A DNA stretch of 64,000 nucleotides from Eledone cirrhosa (Eukaryota), in assembly GCA_964016885.1 (NCBI GenBank), contig OZ024745.1, positions 62,372,001 through 62,436,000 on the forward strand, written 5' to 3'. Below, piece after piece: positions 30,871 to 45,736 of this stretch; position 1 is the stretch's first letter, and each line of letters opens with the position of its first letter. The notes beneath the pieces were generated by a model that saw only the letters and a program-made list of their open reading frames with translations, was not told where the DNA came from and ran no database searches. The translations under genes and the position numbers were made by a program.

Positions 30871-33480
30871 CTTAGATTAGTTGTAGGCAAGAGACTACTC
30901 ACATTCATCTCTGCCTATGCTTCCCAGGCCTAGGTAAAGAAGAGAAAGACTGCTTTTACGAGAAACTTTTACAAACAGCCGCAATGACAGAGGACGGAGA
31001 CATTGTTATGCTAGCAGGGGACTTCAATGGTCATGTTGGACAGCTCCAGGATGGTTACACTGGGGTTCATTGTGGACACGGTTACGGCTCAAGAAATGAA
31101 GAAGGAGTGAGACATCTTGAATTTTGTGATGCAAGTATACTAACCATTTGCAACACTAACTTCCAGACACCTGCCAACCACCTAATAACCTACAAATCAG
31201 GCGAGCACATAAGCCAGATTGACTTCTTGCTAGTTAGGCATCGGGACAGGCAGACGGTGTCAAATACCAAGGCATACCCCGGGGAAGAATGTACCACACA
31301 GCATAGGTTAGTCGTTAGTGATATCTCAGTAAGCGAGAGGCGGAATGAAACAGACAGGAAGGTGTGGAGAAGAAAGGTCTGGAAGCTAAAAGACCTTTCA
31401 CTAAAATACAAATTTAGGAAAGCACTTCAAGATGTGTATGACGAAAAAGAACACGATTTAGAGTTGTATGACATAGATGATAACTGGAATTTCTTACGCG
31501 ACAATTACAGGCTACTGAAGAAACTTGTGGCTGGAGCAGAGCTCCAACCAGACAGAGAGTGACATGGTGATGGAACAGCATGGTAGATAGGGCCATTATA
31601 GACAAAAGACTAGCATGGAATACTTGGAAAAATGGTGAGAGTAGAGAAGTATATACAGCCGCTAAGAGAGAAGCTAGACGTCAGGTGTACTTAGCACGCA
31701 AGGAGGCTGAGAGTAGGAGGTTTGTCAATGTTCTGCGACGAGAAGATCAGAAGCGTGCGGTGTTCCACATTGCAAGGCAGTGTCAGTGAAAATCAGGATG
31801 TTGTGGAGATAAATGTGTCCGGAATGATACCGATGTACTTAGTGTCACGAAAGATCAGAAAAAGGAGGCCTGGAAATGTCATTATGAGACACTGATGAAT
31901 GTGGAGAACGAATGGGAGAGAGAGAAATTACCCTCAGTAGATCCGACAGAGGGACCAGCTATTGAGATTGACTAATATAGGGTCCAAGAAGCGATTAATG
32001 AAATGAAAAATGGTAAGGCCGCTGGACCGTCGGGGATAGTTGCTGAGATGCTGAAGGCATCAGGGGACGTAGGCACTAAACTGGTTGCACGCATCATCAA
32101 TCAGGCAATATATGGCGGTGTCATACCCAAAGACTGGTGCAGCAGTATTCTCATAAATTGCTACAAATGTAAAGGGGATGCTCTGGAGAGGAGCAATTAT
32201 ATGGGAATATGAACTGATGGATCATGTTATGAAAGTGGCAGAAAGGATATTAGTGCAACTAATTAGAGAAAGTGTCAAACTAGATGAGATGAAGTTTGGT
32301 TTTGTGACTGGGAAAAGTACAACAGATGCCCTCTTCTCAGTGAGACAATTACAAGAGAGGTTCTTAGAGAAGAATAAGCCACTATAGTTAGCTTTTGTTG
32401 ACCTAGAGAAGGCCTTTGATAGGGTACCCCGATCTCCCATCTGGTGGTCCTTAAGGAAACTAGGTGTTGAGGAATGGCTTGTGAGGACAATCTGGTTCTT
32501 ATAGCAGAATCAGTAGAAGAGCTAGAGAATAAATTCTGGCTATGGAAACAACAGTTGGAATCAAAAGGACTGAGGGTGAATCTACCTTTGACAAAAGTGT
32601 TCATGAGTAGAAAAGAGGACAACACTCTGATTCTGCCAAGGAAATGACCATGTTCGATATGCAGAAAAGTAACTGGCATAAATTCTATAAAATGTACACA
32701 GACCTTGGATACACAAGAGATGTAGTGGGATAGCAGGCAAACTGACAGGTAGGGAGAAATACGTATGCAGTAGATGTACAGGGAAATTTGACAGTAGAAG
32801 TCGCATTGTTAGACACATTTTTCAAATGCAGGTGGGTGTAATAGGAGGGGTTGATAGCTTACGGTACACAGGTGATCAGATTAGCATGGGAGAGGGGGGG
32901 GGGGGTCCCTAGGCCATAGTATCTAGAATAAGGACGGGTTGGAAGATGTTTAGGGAGCTCCTACCTTTGCTGACGAAGAAGGGTTTCTCCCTGCGTACGA
33001 AAAGCCGGTTATATGATTCCTGTGTGAGGTGTGCGATGCTGCATGATAGTGAGATATGGGAAGTAACTGCAGAGGATATGCGATGGCTGGAGAGAAATGA
33101 GGCAAGCATGCTCTCCTGGATGTGCAATGTCAATGTGCATGAACGTCCGAGCATGGGTGTGTTGAGAGAGAAACTGTGTCTGAGAGGGATAAATTGTAAT
33201 GTGCGGGAGAGGAGACTGCGATGGTATGGACATGTGATGCGCATGGAGGATGACTGATCGGTGAAGAGGTGCCAAGAAATGCCAGTTGAAGGAAGACGTA
33301 GTAGAGGAAGACCACGAAAAACATGGGCGGAGGTGGTGAGAGCAGACCTCAGATCGCTGAAGCTCACGGTGGAGATGACGTAGGACTGGGACAAGTGGAG
33401 AGATGCTGTGCTGAATAGGACCCGTCCTACGCTTGCAAGCAGGAAAAAGTGGACGTAAAATGATGATGAGGATGATGATG
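30871..33480 (+). mobile_element. RTE-clade LINE, degenerate, with internal deletion in RT
   Basis: APE motifs GDFNGHVG, SQIDFLL and QHRLVV. RT-region motifs KAAGPSG and AFVDLEKAFDRVP. C-terminal RRLRWYGHVMRME and GRPRKTW. (GAT)n tail. Confidence 0.93.
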
Positions 33481-33498
33481 ATATATATATATATATAT

Positions 33499-33686
33499 AA
33501 TTGTTTCTACTTTAGGCACAAGGCCAGCAATTATCCAGTGCATTAGTGGTACTTTATTTTATCGACCCCGTAAGGATGAAAGGCAAAGTCAACCTCGGCG
33601 GGATTTGAACTCAGATCGTAAAGGGACGTAACTATGCTGGAAAGCATGGCGTCCGACCCTCTACCGATACTGCCAATCCACCGCCC
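33499..33686 (-). mobile_element. Full-length SINE (Nin-core family) in (TA)n
   Basis: Near-identical to 26864-27050. Confidence 0.9.
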
Positions 33687-34262
33687 TATATATATATATA
33701 ATAAGAAGTTGACGGACTCAGCATATTTATAAATGCCAGGACCGGTTCTATTTCAGCGTACTCAATAGGAAATGTAGGATACATTCCCAGAGTTTACACA
33801 TAGTTATTCGCTTCAATACAATACACGTAAAACGGGTGCCTATAATAGTTCTCGGACTCGAGTTTTGCCCACACTTAATGCAGCAGTAGGGTGCACTGCA
33901 CATTCCGTTTGCATATATTATGCAACAATACATAATCGGCGTATGTGGCTTCATCAGCGGGTAACGCCTAATCAAGAACCAGTTGATCGACAGAATCCAA
34001 ACTCCAGCCCATGCCGGCTGTCACTTTTTTTGACAGCCGACATAGTAAAGTGGTTACCAACTGGAACCCGATATAATTCTGTCCCTTGACAAGTCACCGA
34101 TTTACAAACTTTACGTGGTAGCGGGAGAATAGAAAACAAATCTTTTCGTTTCCGTCAAAAGCTCTCAACCAGCGTATCTCAAACACAAATTAATAAGAAG
34201 TGAAAAGATGGTTATTAGAAATAGCAGTCCCACATCGATGTATAATAGAATGGTAGCATTCG

Positions 34263-34427
<165 letters not shown>

Positions 34428-34712
34428 AATGGAATAAAATGGCAGGAAGGTATACGATGCTGACGATAGCTAATAAGCTTGAAACTAGTACATCGTTCCT
34501 GTGTCAGTGTTGAACAAAAAGGCGAGGTGGTATCCTAAACACTGTGCGGCGTAATTCGGGCTGTTTGTTTGTTTACAAACAAACAAACCGAGCATTATAA
34601 TAAATGTTCGGTAAACCGATACGTGCATATATATATGTGTGCATGTATATATATATACATACTACTGTACGTCTGTATGCATATATGTATGTACGTATAC
34701 ATACATACTTAC

Positions 34713-34776
<64 letters not shown>

Positions 34777-34778
<2 letters not shown>

Positions 34779-34869
34779 CGAAGGAAATGTGGTAAGAAAC
34801 CTCATGGACCATAACGCACCAGAGTACTCAATACTTAGGGTAGTAGAGTGGGTAATAGGAAAAAGTATA

Positions 34870-34870
<1 letters not shown>
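34777..34870 (-). mobile_element. Solo 3' tail of the Neptune-like terminal repeat in (TA)n
   Basis: acgaaggaaatgtggtaag..agagtgggtaatagg matches 37205, 45737 and the reverse complement of 7270-7352. Confidence 0.75.
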
Positions 34871-34937
<67 letters not shown>

Positions 34938-35477
34938 TAACAGATTAAAGTTTAAGCAAAGAATCGCTGCGTTCACCCTTAACGGGGTCTTCTGAAACTA
35001 AAAAAGTCAATCTGTGAACGCAGAAGTAAATATTTCAAAAAACGTTGCAACCGAAGGAAGACAGGAAGACGATACTTTGGTTTGTTTAAACGTTCCCTGG
35101 CAAAGGACGGAAAAAAAACGAAGATAATACGTCAATATTTGGTCCGGTGAAAACAATTACACGCAAAGACAAACCACGTTTATGGTATAAATGAAGTCGT
35201 AGACTAAAATTCTATTTAGGAAACCGAATGATTCCCGGCTTCAGAGTTAAGAATAAAGTAAATAAAATACAGAGGTAATTGAAAATAAATATATACATAC
35301 ACGCATCCATATACGTACGTACACAAGCATACGCAAAACACACGCCATGGGTATGCAAATACGAGCACGTACACAAAAGAAAAAAAAGAAAAAAACACGC
35401 ACGCATATACAGAACCCACGCAACGCCTCTACCCGCACACATACAAACGTATACACCAAATACACATAAAAATATAT

Positions 35478-36017
35478 ATAAAAATTTCGTTTCTGAATTT
35501 GTTTAGCAAGATTCTTTATCTGAAATAGTGTGTTGAAACCGATATTGTTATACTTTGGGAGGGTCATGTTGCCAATAAGAAACACACGCACCAGTTGCTT
35601 TCACTTCAATTTATTATAATAAATTTATAAATTTAGGAATTTATAAATTTATAATTTATAAATTTCTGGTTGGTTGGTTGGTTGGTTCCACAACCAGATA
35701 GTTGTTTATATATTGTCAAAGTTCTTTCGTCACACACAGAAACAAAATGGCGTAGGACAGAACAAAGGAGAGACACAAAAACAAAGAAAAGAATCCCCAA
35801 TTTCCAGTGACTGAAGAGGTCACAGAATGTGTGACGAAAGAACTTTGACAATATATAAACAACTATCTGGTTGTGGAACCAACCAACCAACCAGAAATTT
35901 ATAAATTATAAAATCCTAAATTCCTAAATTTATAAATTTATTATAATAAATTGAAGTGAAAGCAACTGGTGTGTGTGTTTCTTATTGGAAACATGACCCT
36001 CCCAAAGTATAACAATA
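35478..36017. mobile_element. Palindromic non-coding PLE terminal-repeat insertion with HHR
   Basis: 35542-35737 is the reverse complement of 35828-36017. HHR on + at 35808-35848: CTGAAGA-G-GTCACA-gaatg-TGTGAC-GAAAGAACTT. Confidence 0.8.
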
Positions 36018-36429
36018 TATACAAAAACATATATATATATATATGTGTGTGCGTGTGTGCTTGTAACTTCATATATATAAATAAATATACTCACATAATT
36101 ACGTAAATAACTATAACGCGCGCACACACATACCTACATGTAAAAACACATATGTTCGCGGATTTACGTCAACCAAAACAAAAAGTACATATATACACAC
36201 ACCCTACATACGTACGAACCCGCATACTCACACAGACGCAAAACTCACGTTTACACATAACCAAATGCACATGTACCAGTATTTATAAAATATACGCCAT
36301 ATCATATACAACCAAATATACGTAGGAGAAAGTATACGTACTTTCACAAAACATACATATATATATATATATGTTCAAAAAAAGCTGTCGAAACGGTCGG
36401 AGGTCAGCCATCAGGATCCTGACTCTTTT

Positions 36430-36483
<54 letters not shown>

Positions 36484-37092
36484 TACTATAGATTATGTCC
36501 ATAGAATCATTTGATAAGATATATACTCTATTTCCTCTCCCAATTAGCATAATCAACCACATAATAAACCAATTAAACCAGGCTATAAGATTAAAAGGCA
36601 CATATGAAGAAATAATAGATAAATAAACGACAGCCATCTATTCGCGATCAACAGTTATAGAATATTTACCCAACATTTAAATAGCACGTGGAAATCGATT
36701 AAATATATCGTCAACCATACACAATTAGGTATAAAATTAAAGTTAGAAGAAAAAATACATATACACATACCAGGATTACGTTACTAACTTTTAGGGTTTC
36801 GTTCGCTTTCGGAAATATCCTTTCCTTACTACACTTCCTTGGTTATATATATATTAGATATATACACATATTCATTTATTATGGCTGAATAGTGAGTCTT
36901 GTTATTTTTTAATAACACACACGCGTATACAAGTGTGTGTATGTGTGTGTGTGTGTTGTTGGACTCCTGATCTACTTCTCGGTGTCATATTCTCATATTC
37001 CATCTACCGTGACATCAACCTAAAAATATAAAATGTTTGTAGCGATTATATATGAATATATAGGAAGATACACACTAACACACCAACACACC

Positions 37093-37195
<103 letters not shown>

Positions 37196-37204
37196 TTATA
37201 TATA

Positions 37205-37392
37205 ACGAAAGAAGTGTGGTAAGGAACCAGATGGACCATAACGCACCAGAGTACTCAATACTTAGAGTAGTAGAGTGGGTAATAGGAAAAAGTTTAACCC
37301 CGACGGCAGAGCTCAAGCCGTTGCAACGGCTATTTCTGCATTGAAATAGACGTCGAAACGGCTTGAGCTCTGCCGTCGGGGTTTACATTTTT

Positions 37393-37396
<4 letters not shown>
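37205..37396. mobile_element. Short fold-back insertion of the Neptune-like terminal repeat in (TA)n
   Basis: Hairpin of ~55-bp arms with apex at 37337-37342. The same structure occurs at 45737-45928 and 62584-62777. Confidence 0.85.
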
Positions 37397-37436
<40 letters not shown>

Positions 37437-38540
37437 AGTGTGTGTGTGTGTGTGTGCGTGTGACAGTATGTTTCTCAAGAGAGTAACAGAAGGAGAGAGA
37501 AGTGTAAATACAGAGATTGAGAGAGAGGCATAGCTTGTGTGCAAGTGTACAACACTCTATTTACTCTTATACATTGTATAGCTTTGTTCAGAATATGTTA
37601 TGAGATTTTACTCATAATAATTCATGGTGATTAATAAAGGAACTAACTATTTCTGCAAGAAATCGGTTTTCATTATACTCAAGTGTACTACAATGTATGA
37701 TAAAATAATAAGAATTGTGTAGGAAGAGTTCACTTATTACATTCTGTTTAAACTTTTATTTGCACTAGGATAATATGTCAATATTTGGTAATTTGTCTCT
37801 TTTGAATAATGATTTTTCATATATATTTTGGAAATTATTTCTTCCCACATATGTTCTATATCTCTTGCTTATTGAACTATAAAATCAGCTACGTTGCGTT
37901 TACATACATAAAGACGAAATCATGTCTCACCGTACTAAATCTATGCTGAATGACACGTTTTATGATTTTATCGCTTATTATGAATATCGTTGCTCCGCAT
38001 ACACGACTGCTTAGTGTTTCCATATATTTATCACTGATTAATCACAAATACTATAATAATACATGGCTTTTATTATGTTCGGTCATCAGAATTTTTTTTA
38101 TCCAACAGGCATGTAGTTATGAAAATATTCAAACCAATGACGCACTCACGTTTAGCAAAATGAGATTACTCTACCAACAAGCTCCTTCTCTATGATTAAA
38201 AATTGTGTGTTATATAGTATAAAACCTCGGCAGACATAAACAAATATATCATTTATGTTACGTTGTTTACCAATGGATAGAACTGGTGGTTCTGGTTGGT
38301 AAACGGTGATGCAACAAATTAATTAAAACACTCAATGATATGCAAGTCATCCATCGTAGCTGTGGTGGCTTCCAGTGGTTGGTGCAGGAACCGAGTAAAG
38401 TATTCATTAAAACAACAACAGAAGGCCGGACTGGAAATTTTAATTTAGAATTTTAATCCAGCGAAATCACTATATATATTTCGATATATATACATACATC
38501 TATATATATTTCGATATATATACATACATCTATATATATA

Positions 38541-39333
38541 TTCTTCCTCACTTTTCGTTGCTTCACCATCTTTGTTTGTTTACACTCTCGTGTCCCCTTT
38601 ACTTACGTGTCCCAACGACTTTTTTTAGCCGTTGCTCGCACGGACCGGAGGTATATGGTCTTTAAAGCGATGAAATACCAATGATGGTTGGATGATAACT
38701 GATGAAGGACTAATTTTATTCATATGTAACCCATTAGCAACCACGCAGCACATTTATTCTCATATTTACACATATTTTTCCCCCCGCTGTGACCCGTCTA
38801 TTTCGTTCTTACTGCTTCCTCTTTCTCTGTATCTTTACCCTCTCTAACAGTCACTCTCTCTGTTAGCCTCTTCCTCACCCTTCACTCACTCACTCTCTGG
38901 TACTACCTCCCCTCCTCCCCCTTCTTCCCGTTTGACCTGTGCGTAATTCTTTTCTTTGGCACCCTTGGTCAGGCAGGTTCCCTTTTTTTCTCTCTCTCGT
39001 CTACGATTTCACAGAACTTATGTTCACCGGAATCATAGACTAGATTCCTTCTTCCACCCGTTAGACCTGTACGGAATTCCTTCCTTGCTCACATTCCAAC
39101 CAGGTTTCCAACCACGATTTCACCGAACTTATATTCATGGAAATTTGGGACTTGACTCTTTCTTCCTCATTTTTCGTTGCTTCACCATCTTTGTTTGTTT
39201 GCACTCTCGTGTCCCCTTTATTTACGTGTCCCAACGACTCTTTTCAGCCGTTGCTCGCACCAACCGGAGGTATATGGTCTTTAAAGCGATGAAATACCAA
39301 TGATGGTTGGAAGATCACTGATGAAGGACTAAC

Positions 39334-39340
<7 letters not shown>
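38541..39340 (+). repeat. Partial tandem non-coding element (619-bp period) with degenerate HHR core
   Basis: 38541-38720 is repeated at 39160-39340. CT-rich body, flanked by (TA)n, related to 62822-63703. Confidence 0.7.
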
Positions 39341-39427
<87 letters not shown>

Positions 39428-39904
39428 TACCTATTTTTGTATGTGCATGAGTGTGTGAGTCTGTATATGTAAGTGTTTTCCCATTTCTGCTGATAGGATG
39501 GATCGGGCGGTTGATATCCTCACTAATAAAATTATAATCACATGATATTCATTCTCGTGTGAGCTCTAACGTGCGAGGGTGGCTTAATGATTTTTTCTCA
39601 GTCGCAGTTGTACGCACTTCCGTGATTTTTCGTAGATATATTGACAAAATATTTAGTTGCATGGTAAGTAGTTAGAGATCGGATTCGCAAAGATGAATTT
39701 ACATATTCGATACTACAAACCGGTGATATGTTAAATCCTTGAGCAACACACCTTATTTCACATTGTTCTTTCTGCCAGGAGTTGTGACCGGTAGATATTA
39801 TCAACAAGGGAAAGGCCAATGGAAACATTGTTTCCTAGATCCAATATGACGAGTTCCAACGAACATAATAATTGAATGAGGTTTTGTCGAACATACCAAA
39901 CAAA

Positions 39905-40031
<127 letters not shown>

Positions 40032-40035
40032 GCGC

Positions 40036-40066
<31 letters not shown>

Positions 40067-40067
<1 letters not shown>

Positions 40068-40959
40068 GTGGGTCAGAAAAGTTCCAGGACTGATGTCACA
40101 AAAGATTTATTTCAAACCCAAACTTCACACTAAGAGTTTTCTCCTTCAAAATAATCCCCCTGCAGTCTAATGCACTTTTCCATGCTGTTCTACCACGCTT
40201 GCATGCACTCCTGGAAGGATTCTTCCAGGATCCTCCGCAGTTCCGTCGTCACGGCCTTTTTGATGTCATCCACGTCTTCAAAACCGGTCCCCTCCGGGTC
40301 GTACTCGAAGATCCATGACTCATCACCGGTGATGACTCTCCCTAGCATGTCTGGTTCGGTTTCAAGACGCTTGAAGATGTCCTGGCACACTTGTATGCGT
40401 CGACCCTTCTGGTCATCGTTCAGCAGTTTCGGCACCATCTTCGCGCAGACTTTCCGCATGTCCAAATCTTAAGTGAGAATCTACCAGACGCTCGCCTGAT
40501 TCATGCCCAGCTCATTTGCTATCAGTCGAACAGTCAGCCGACGATCGCTACGCACAATCTGCCTGACGCGCTCAACGTTGAACTCAGTCCTGGTTGTTGA
40601 GGGCCTTCCGCTCTTGGGGTCATCATCCACATCCTCGCGTTCTTCTTTAAACCTCTTGAACCACTCAAAAACACGTGAGCAGGACATCGTCTCATCCCCA
40701 TAAACTTGCTGCAGCAATACCAGTGCTTCTGACGGAGTTTTCAAGTTTGTTTGTTGCTCTGTACTCATTGTTTGACGACCTGAAACAGAGGTTGTATATA
40801 TAATTATGAAGAAAAAAGTTTGATCGCTGAAGAGAGCTAAGATTACAGTTACATGCTCCAGGGGTATTACTCTGAAGGAGGAAACTCTTAGTGTGAAGTT
40901 TGGGTTTAAAATAAATCTTTTGTGACATCAGTCCTGGAACTTTTCTGACACACATCGTG
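40067..40959 (-). mobile_element. Internally deleted mariner transposon
   Basis: Imperfect TIRs of ~95 bp (gtcagaaaagttccaggactgatgtcacaaaagattt..). Peptides VFEWFKRFK..DDPKSGRP, DRRLTVR.IA, RKVCAKMVPK.L and ITGDESWIFEYDPE. TA flanks. Confidence 0.92.
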
Positions 40960-41015
40960 TATATATATATATATGCATACACACATATATATGTATATAT
41001 ATACACACACGCACG

Positions 41016-42119
<1,104 letters not shown>

Positions 42120-43032
42120 ATATATATATGTATGTGTGTAAACATTCATAAATATATTGTTCTAATTCATTTTCTGAAGAATAGATAATGAATAATCTTT
42201 TCAATGTGTGATTACGAATATATGAACATCACCAATTAGTACCAAGATAATATCTACTAGCTCGACGTTTTTAGTACACAGAACACACACATATATACAA
42301 CGTTTTTTTATACGAAATAATAATAATATATATATAGATATATATTTATGAAAGGAAACAAAATACAAGGTAAAATGTTATGGTTGGCTGGGAATTACAC
42401 AGCAATACATTCTAAATATCTACAAGAATTATTGGATTGTTCATTTACTTTTGAATTGCCTGAAAAGTAAAACATATAATTAATAATGAAAATTTAAACA
42501 AAAATATTTACCATATTTCCTTCGCATTAATGCTCCTTGGAAACCCATTGACAGATTTCAGGATAAATATGATTATATATTAAATTTCCCTTCCAGGTTT
42601 CCGATTGAAAGAGGTTTCAAAGTATCTCTTAAAAATCTCTGCTTGAGTTTATATTTGAATTGTGTTTATTTGATGGAGATTGGATTCAAGGGAGCTCGTC
42701 TCAATAGAAATACATTTACGTCTTAATATAGGTGGTTTTTGGTAAATCTTTCTTCTCGTATTCGCAGTTGTGATTACACTTAATTCACCCAATTCAGACA
42801 TATAGAGAGATAATGCATTATTTAATATAACTAAATCACAGTATTCTTAATTGTTTTACAATTACTTACATCTTTATTTCTCATTACTTATTTGCTTTTT
42901 ATGCGCAATCTCACTGCAACGTTACAAATAAAACTCATTGAAAACATGTATTTCTCTCATGTACTATTTTTAACGGTGTATTTAAACAAATCCATCATGT
43001 CTGTTTACAATTCTAAGTTAAACTATTAGTTT

Positions 43033-43148
43033 AAAAGGGACAGGACCCCGACGGCTGTCTCAGGCCGTTTCGACAGCTAGATCCGAACTAAGTTCAGATC
43101 TAGCTGTCGAAACGGCCGGATCTCAGCTGTTGGGGGCCTGCCTCTTTT

Positions 43149-43153
<5 letters not shown>
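43033..43153. mobile_element. Short fold-back from a subfamily related to the Neptune-like terminal repeat
   Basis: Hairpin with apex at 43089-43091. The right arm has GAAACGGC..GCTGTT-GGGG and ends tttccta(TA)n. A related half-copy lies at 36383-36433. Confidence 0.7.
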
Positions 43154-43197
<44 letters not shown>

Positions 43198-43724
43198 TTT
43201 CCTGAAAAATAAACATATTAAGAACTGATGCACGTACACCTAACGTATTTCCATGAATAAATTTCAAAAAGAATAATTGTCATTCTTAACTATCGATTTT
43301 ATTTCTAACGCCCTCATAATTATTAGTTATTATTTTAAGTTTGTTCGCTTTTTTTTCGGAGTGATTATCTCCCCTTGACCATCCGGATTATTTTCCATTG
43401 ATCTGACGCCCCTCCTGTTCTTTTTTTCGCTTCTTTGAGTAAACACTTTCCGATTCATTTTCATCGACACAGGTTGAACAAGTTGGTCCTCAGGACCAAC
43501 GAATCGTATGTACTAGTACGTGGCCTTAATAATTATATATTATTACTACTATTATTATTATAAATGTAACTCAATCAAATCACCATCATTAATCCTTGAA
43601 CTAAAAATATCAAAAATCATTTGTTTTTAAAGTACGAAGCAGTAGTAAGATCAATCTGTTCGAGCTCGATATAACAAAAGTGACTCCACATTCACTGCCG
43701 AGATATATGTGGTTATATATATAT

Positions 43725-43917
<193 letters not shown>

Positions 43918-44017
43918 TATATATATATATATATATAGTAATAATAATAAATTTGAAGACTAAAATCCAAAGAGGGCTCGATAAGGATAAATATATATCA
44001 ATTATATAAATCTGTTA

Positions 44018-44066
<49 letters not shown>

Positions 44067-45308
44067 GGGGGGGGGGGCGTTTATGTGTGTCTAAGTGAAA
44101 ATAAGAAATATATCTGCTTTGAAGCAGACACTAAAAATAATTTTCATGAACCCATACTTCTGATAATGATTAGAGATATCAGCCTTGAATTTCAGTTAAA
44201 AATGTGTGTTGCATTAACATGTTTGGGTATTTTGAAGTAGTCCCACAGAATCGTCTATGTTCTAGTAAAATCTTCACTGTCGGACTTAATAGGAAAAATA
44301 TTTTTAGTGTTTTATAATTAATGCTGCATATATATGCTGGTACAATTGATAGTCAATTCAACACGTGCTGCATATTTGTGCTCATTTTTATAGTGTATTT
44401 ATATATTAGTTACTCAGTCATATTTTGTATAAATAGCTTTAAAACGAGACTGAATAAGTATGTTGTTTCCGGGAAAATTATCACATCCAAGCCATTTGGA
44501 GAATGTCCCACGTAAATCTTCATAAATATGCACAAACAATATAGAATATATCACCTATTATATTTTACTTTCAAATGACTTAATTTCCAGGAAAACTTCA
44601 ATTTTTAAAAAAATAATCTACACATTTACATAATTACTGTAAATAAATTATTTTTTTAATTAGTATTGTTTTCCAATCGCTCTACATTTGCTCGAGGAAA
44701 TGCAAGTTTGCATTTTCTTCTGTCTGGAGTGGAAATAAACAACCGAACAAAAAAAAAATGAACCACGCTACCTAAAACAATCTAATTGAAAAGATGAGAC
44801 GCTTTATACATTTTAGTTACCTTGGAACAAAAATGCCAACTAAAACTTTAAACAACATTATCCATTTAACACTTTCTCACAGTCATATATACACGCACAT
44901 ATAGACGTACACAGACATACATATATCAAAATTACTTTAGAATCACACTACATTCAAAAGGATGAAGTTCGTCTGGACCAAGTAACTTCTGTTATATCTG
45001 ACTCCAATAATGATTTATATATGCCATGTTGCATATAGAACCGCGTCATTCTATAGATCTGTTTACAAGTTATGAGTGAATTAGACAAATAATTTCCCGT
45101 ATATATATTCTAATTAAAACTTGACAAACTAACCATCATGTTCGTCAACTAGAGACTTAAAATAAGTCAACATAATAGATGCAGTAAATATTGTGTCGAA
45201 TTAATGAATTAATGAATTAATTTCTCCTCTACAGATTGGGAAATTTTAATTAGTTGAAGTAACAAGGTTAAACGCAAAAATCTACGTGAATTTACTTATA
45301 TATATTTA

Positions 45309-45387
<79 letters not shown>

Positions 45388-45501
45388 TGTGTTGGTTGTT
45401 TACACCTCAGTATTCAGGTTGGAGCACTCAACGAAGTGCGTAGGTTGGTTTGTTTACCCCGGAGTGTAAGTCAAACATATTAAAGTTGGGTTATTTATTC
45501 G

Positions 45502-45554
45502 CTGCTATACATATTTCAGTGACAGCCCTTATTGGCTGTGACCTCATCAGGCAG
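45502..45554 (-). ncRNA. Type-I hammerhead ribozyme
   Basis: CTGC-CTGATGA-GGTCACAGCC-aataag-GGCTGTCACT-GAA-ATATGTAT-A-GCAG, inside a (TA)n-flanked insert (45385-45722) that also has a hairpin at 45635-45713. Confidence 0.75.
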
Positions 45555-45736
45555 TAACAATTTAGGCAGAAAAAGCAGGAAAACATGATGTTGTAATGGG
45601 TTCTACCCTGTTAATTCATCGATATGTTCTGCCTCTGGGTGTGTTGTTAGTCCTCAAAGGAACTGGAATCGTATATGATTCCAGTTCCTTTGAGGACTAA
45701 CAACACATCCAGGAGCTGGACATATATATATATATA

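Noticed and set aside
35200-35245. Minus-strand CTGAAGC..GTTTCCTAAA as a possible hammerhead
   Set aside because: Both core boxes are mutated and stem I is unconvincing.
37285-37396. Short hairpin repeats interpreted as DNA-transposon MITEs or CRISPR-like repeats
   Set aside because: They match the 3' terminal repeat of coding PLEs (7220-7352, 30820-30868), are asymmetric, and show no spacer array or cas genes. The DNA is eukaryotic.
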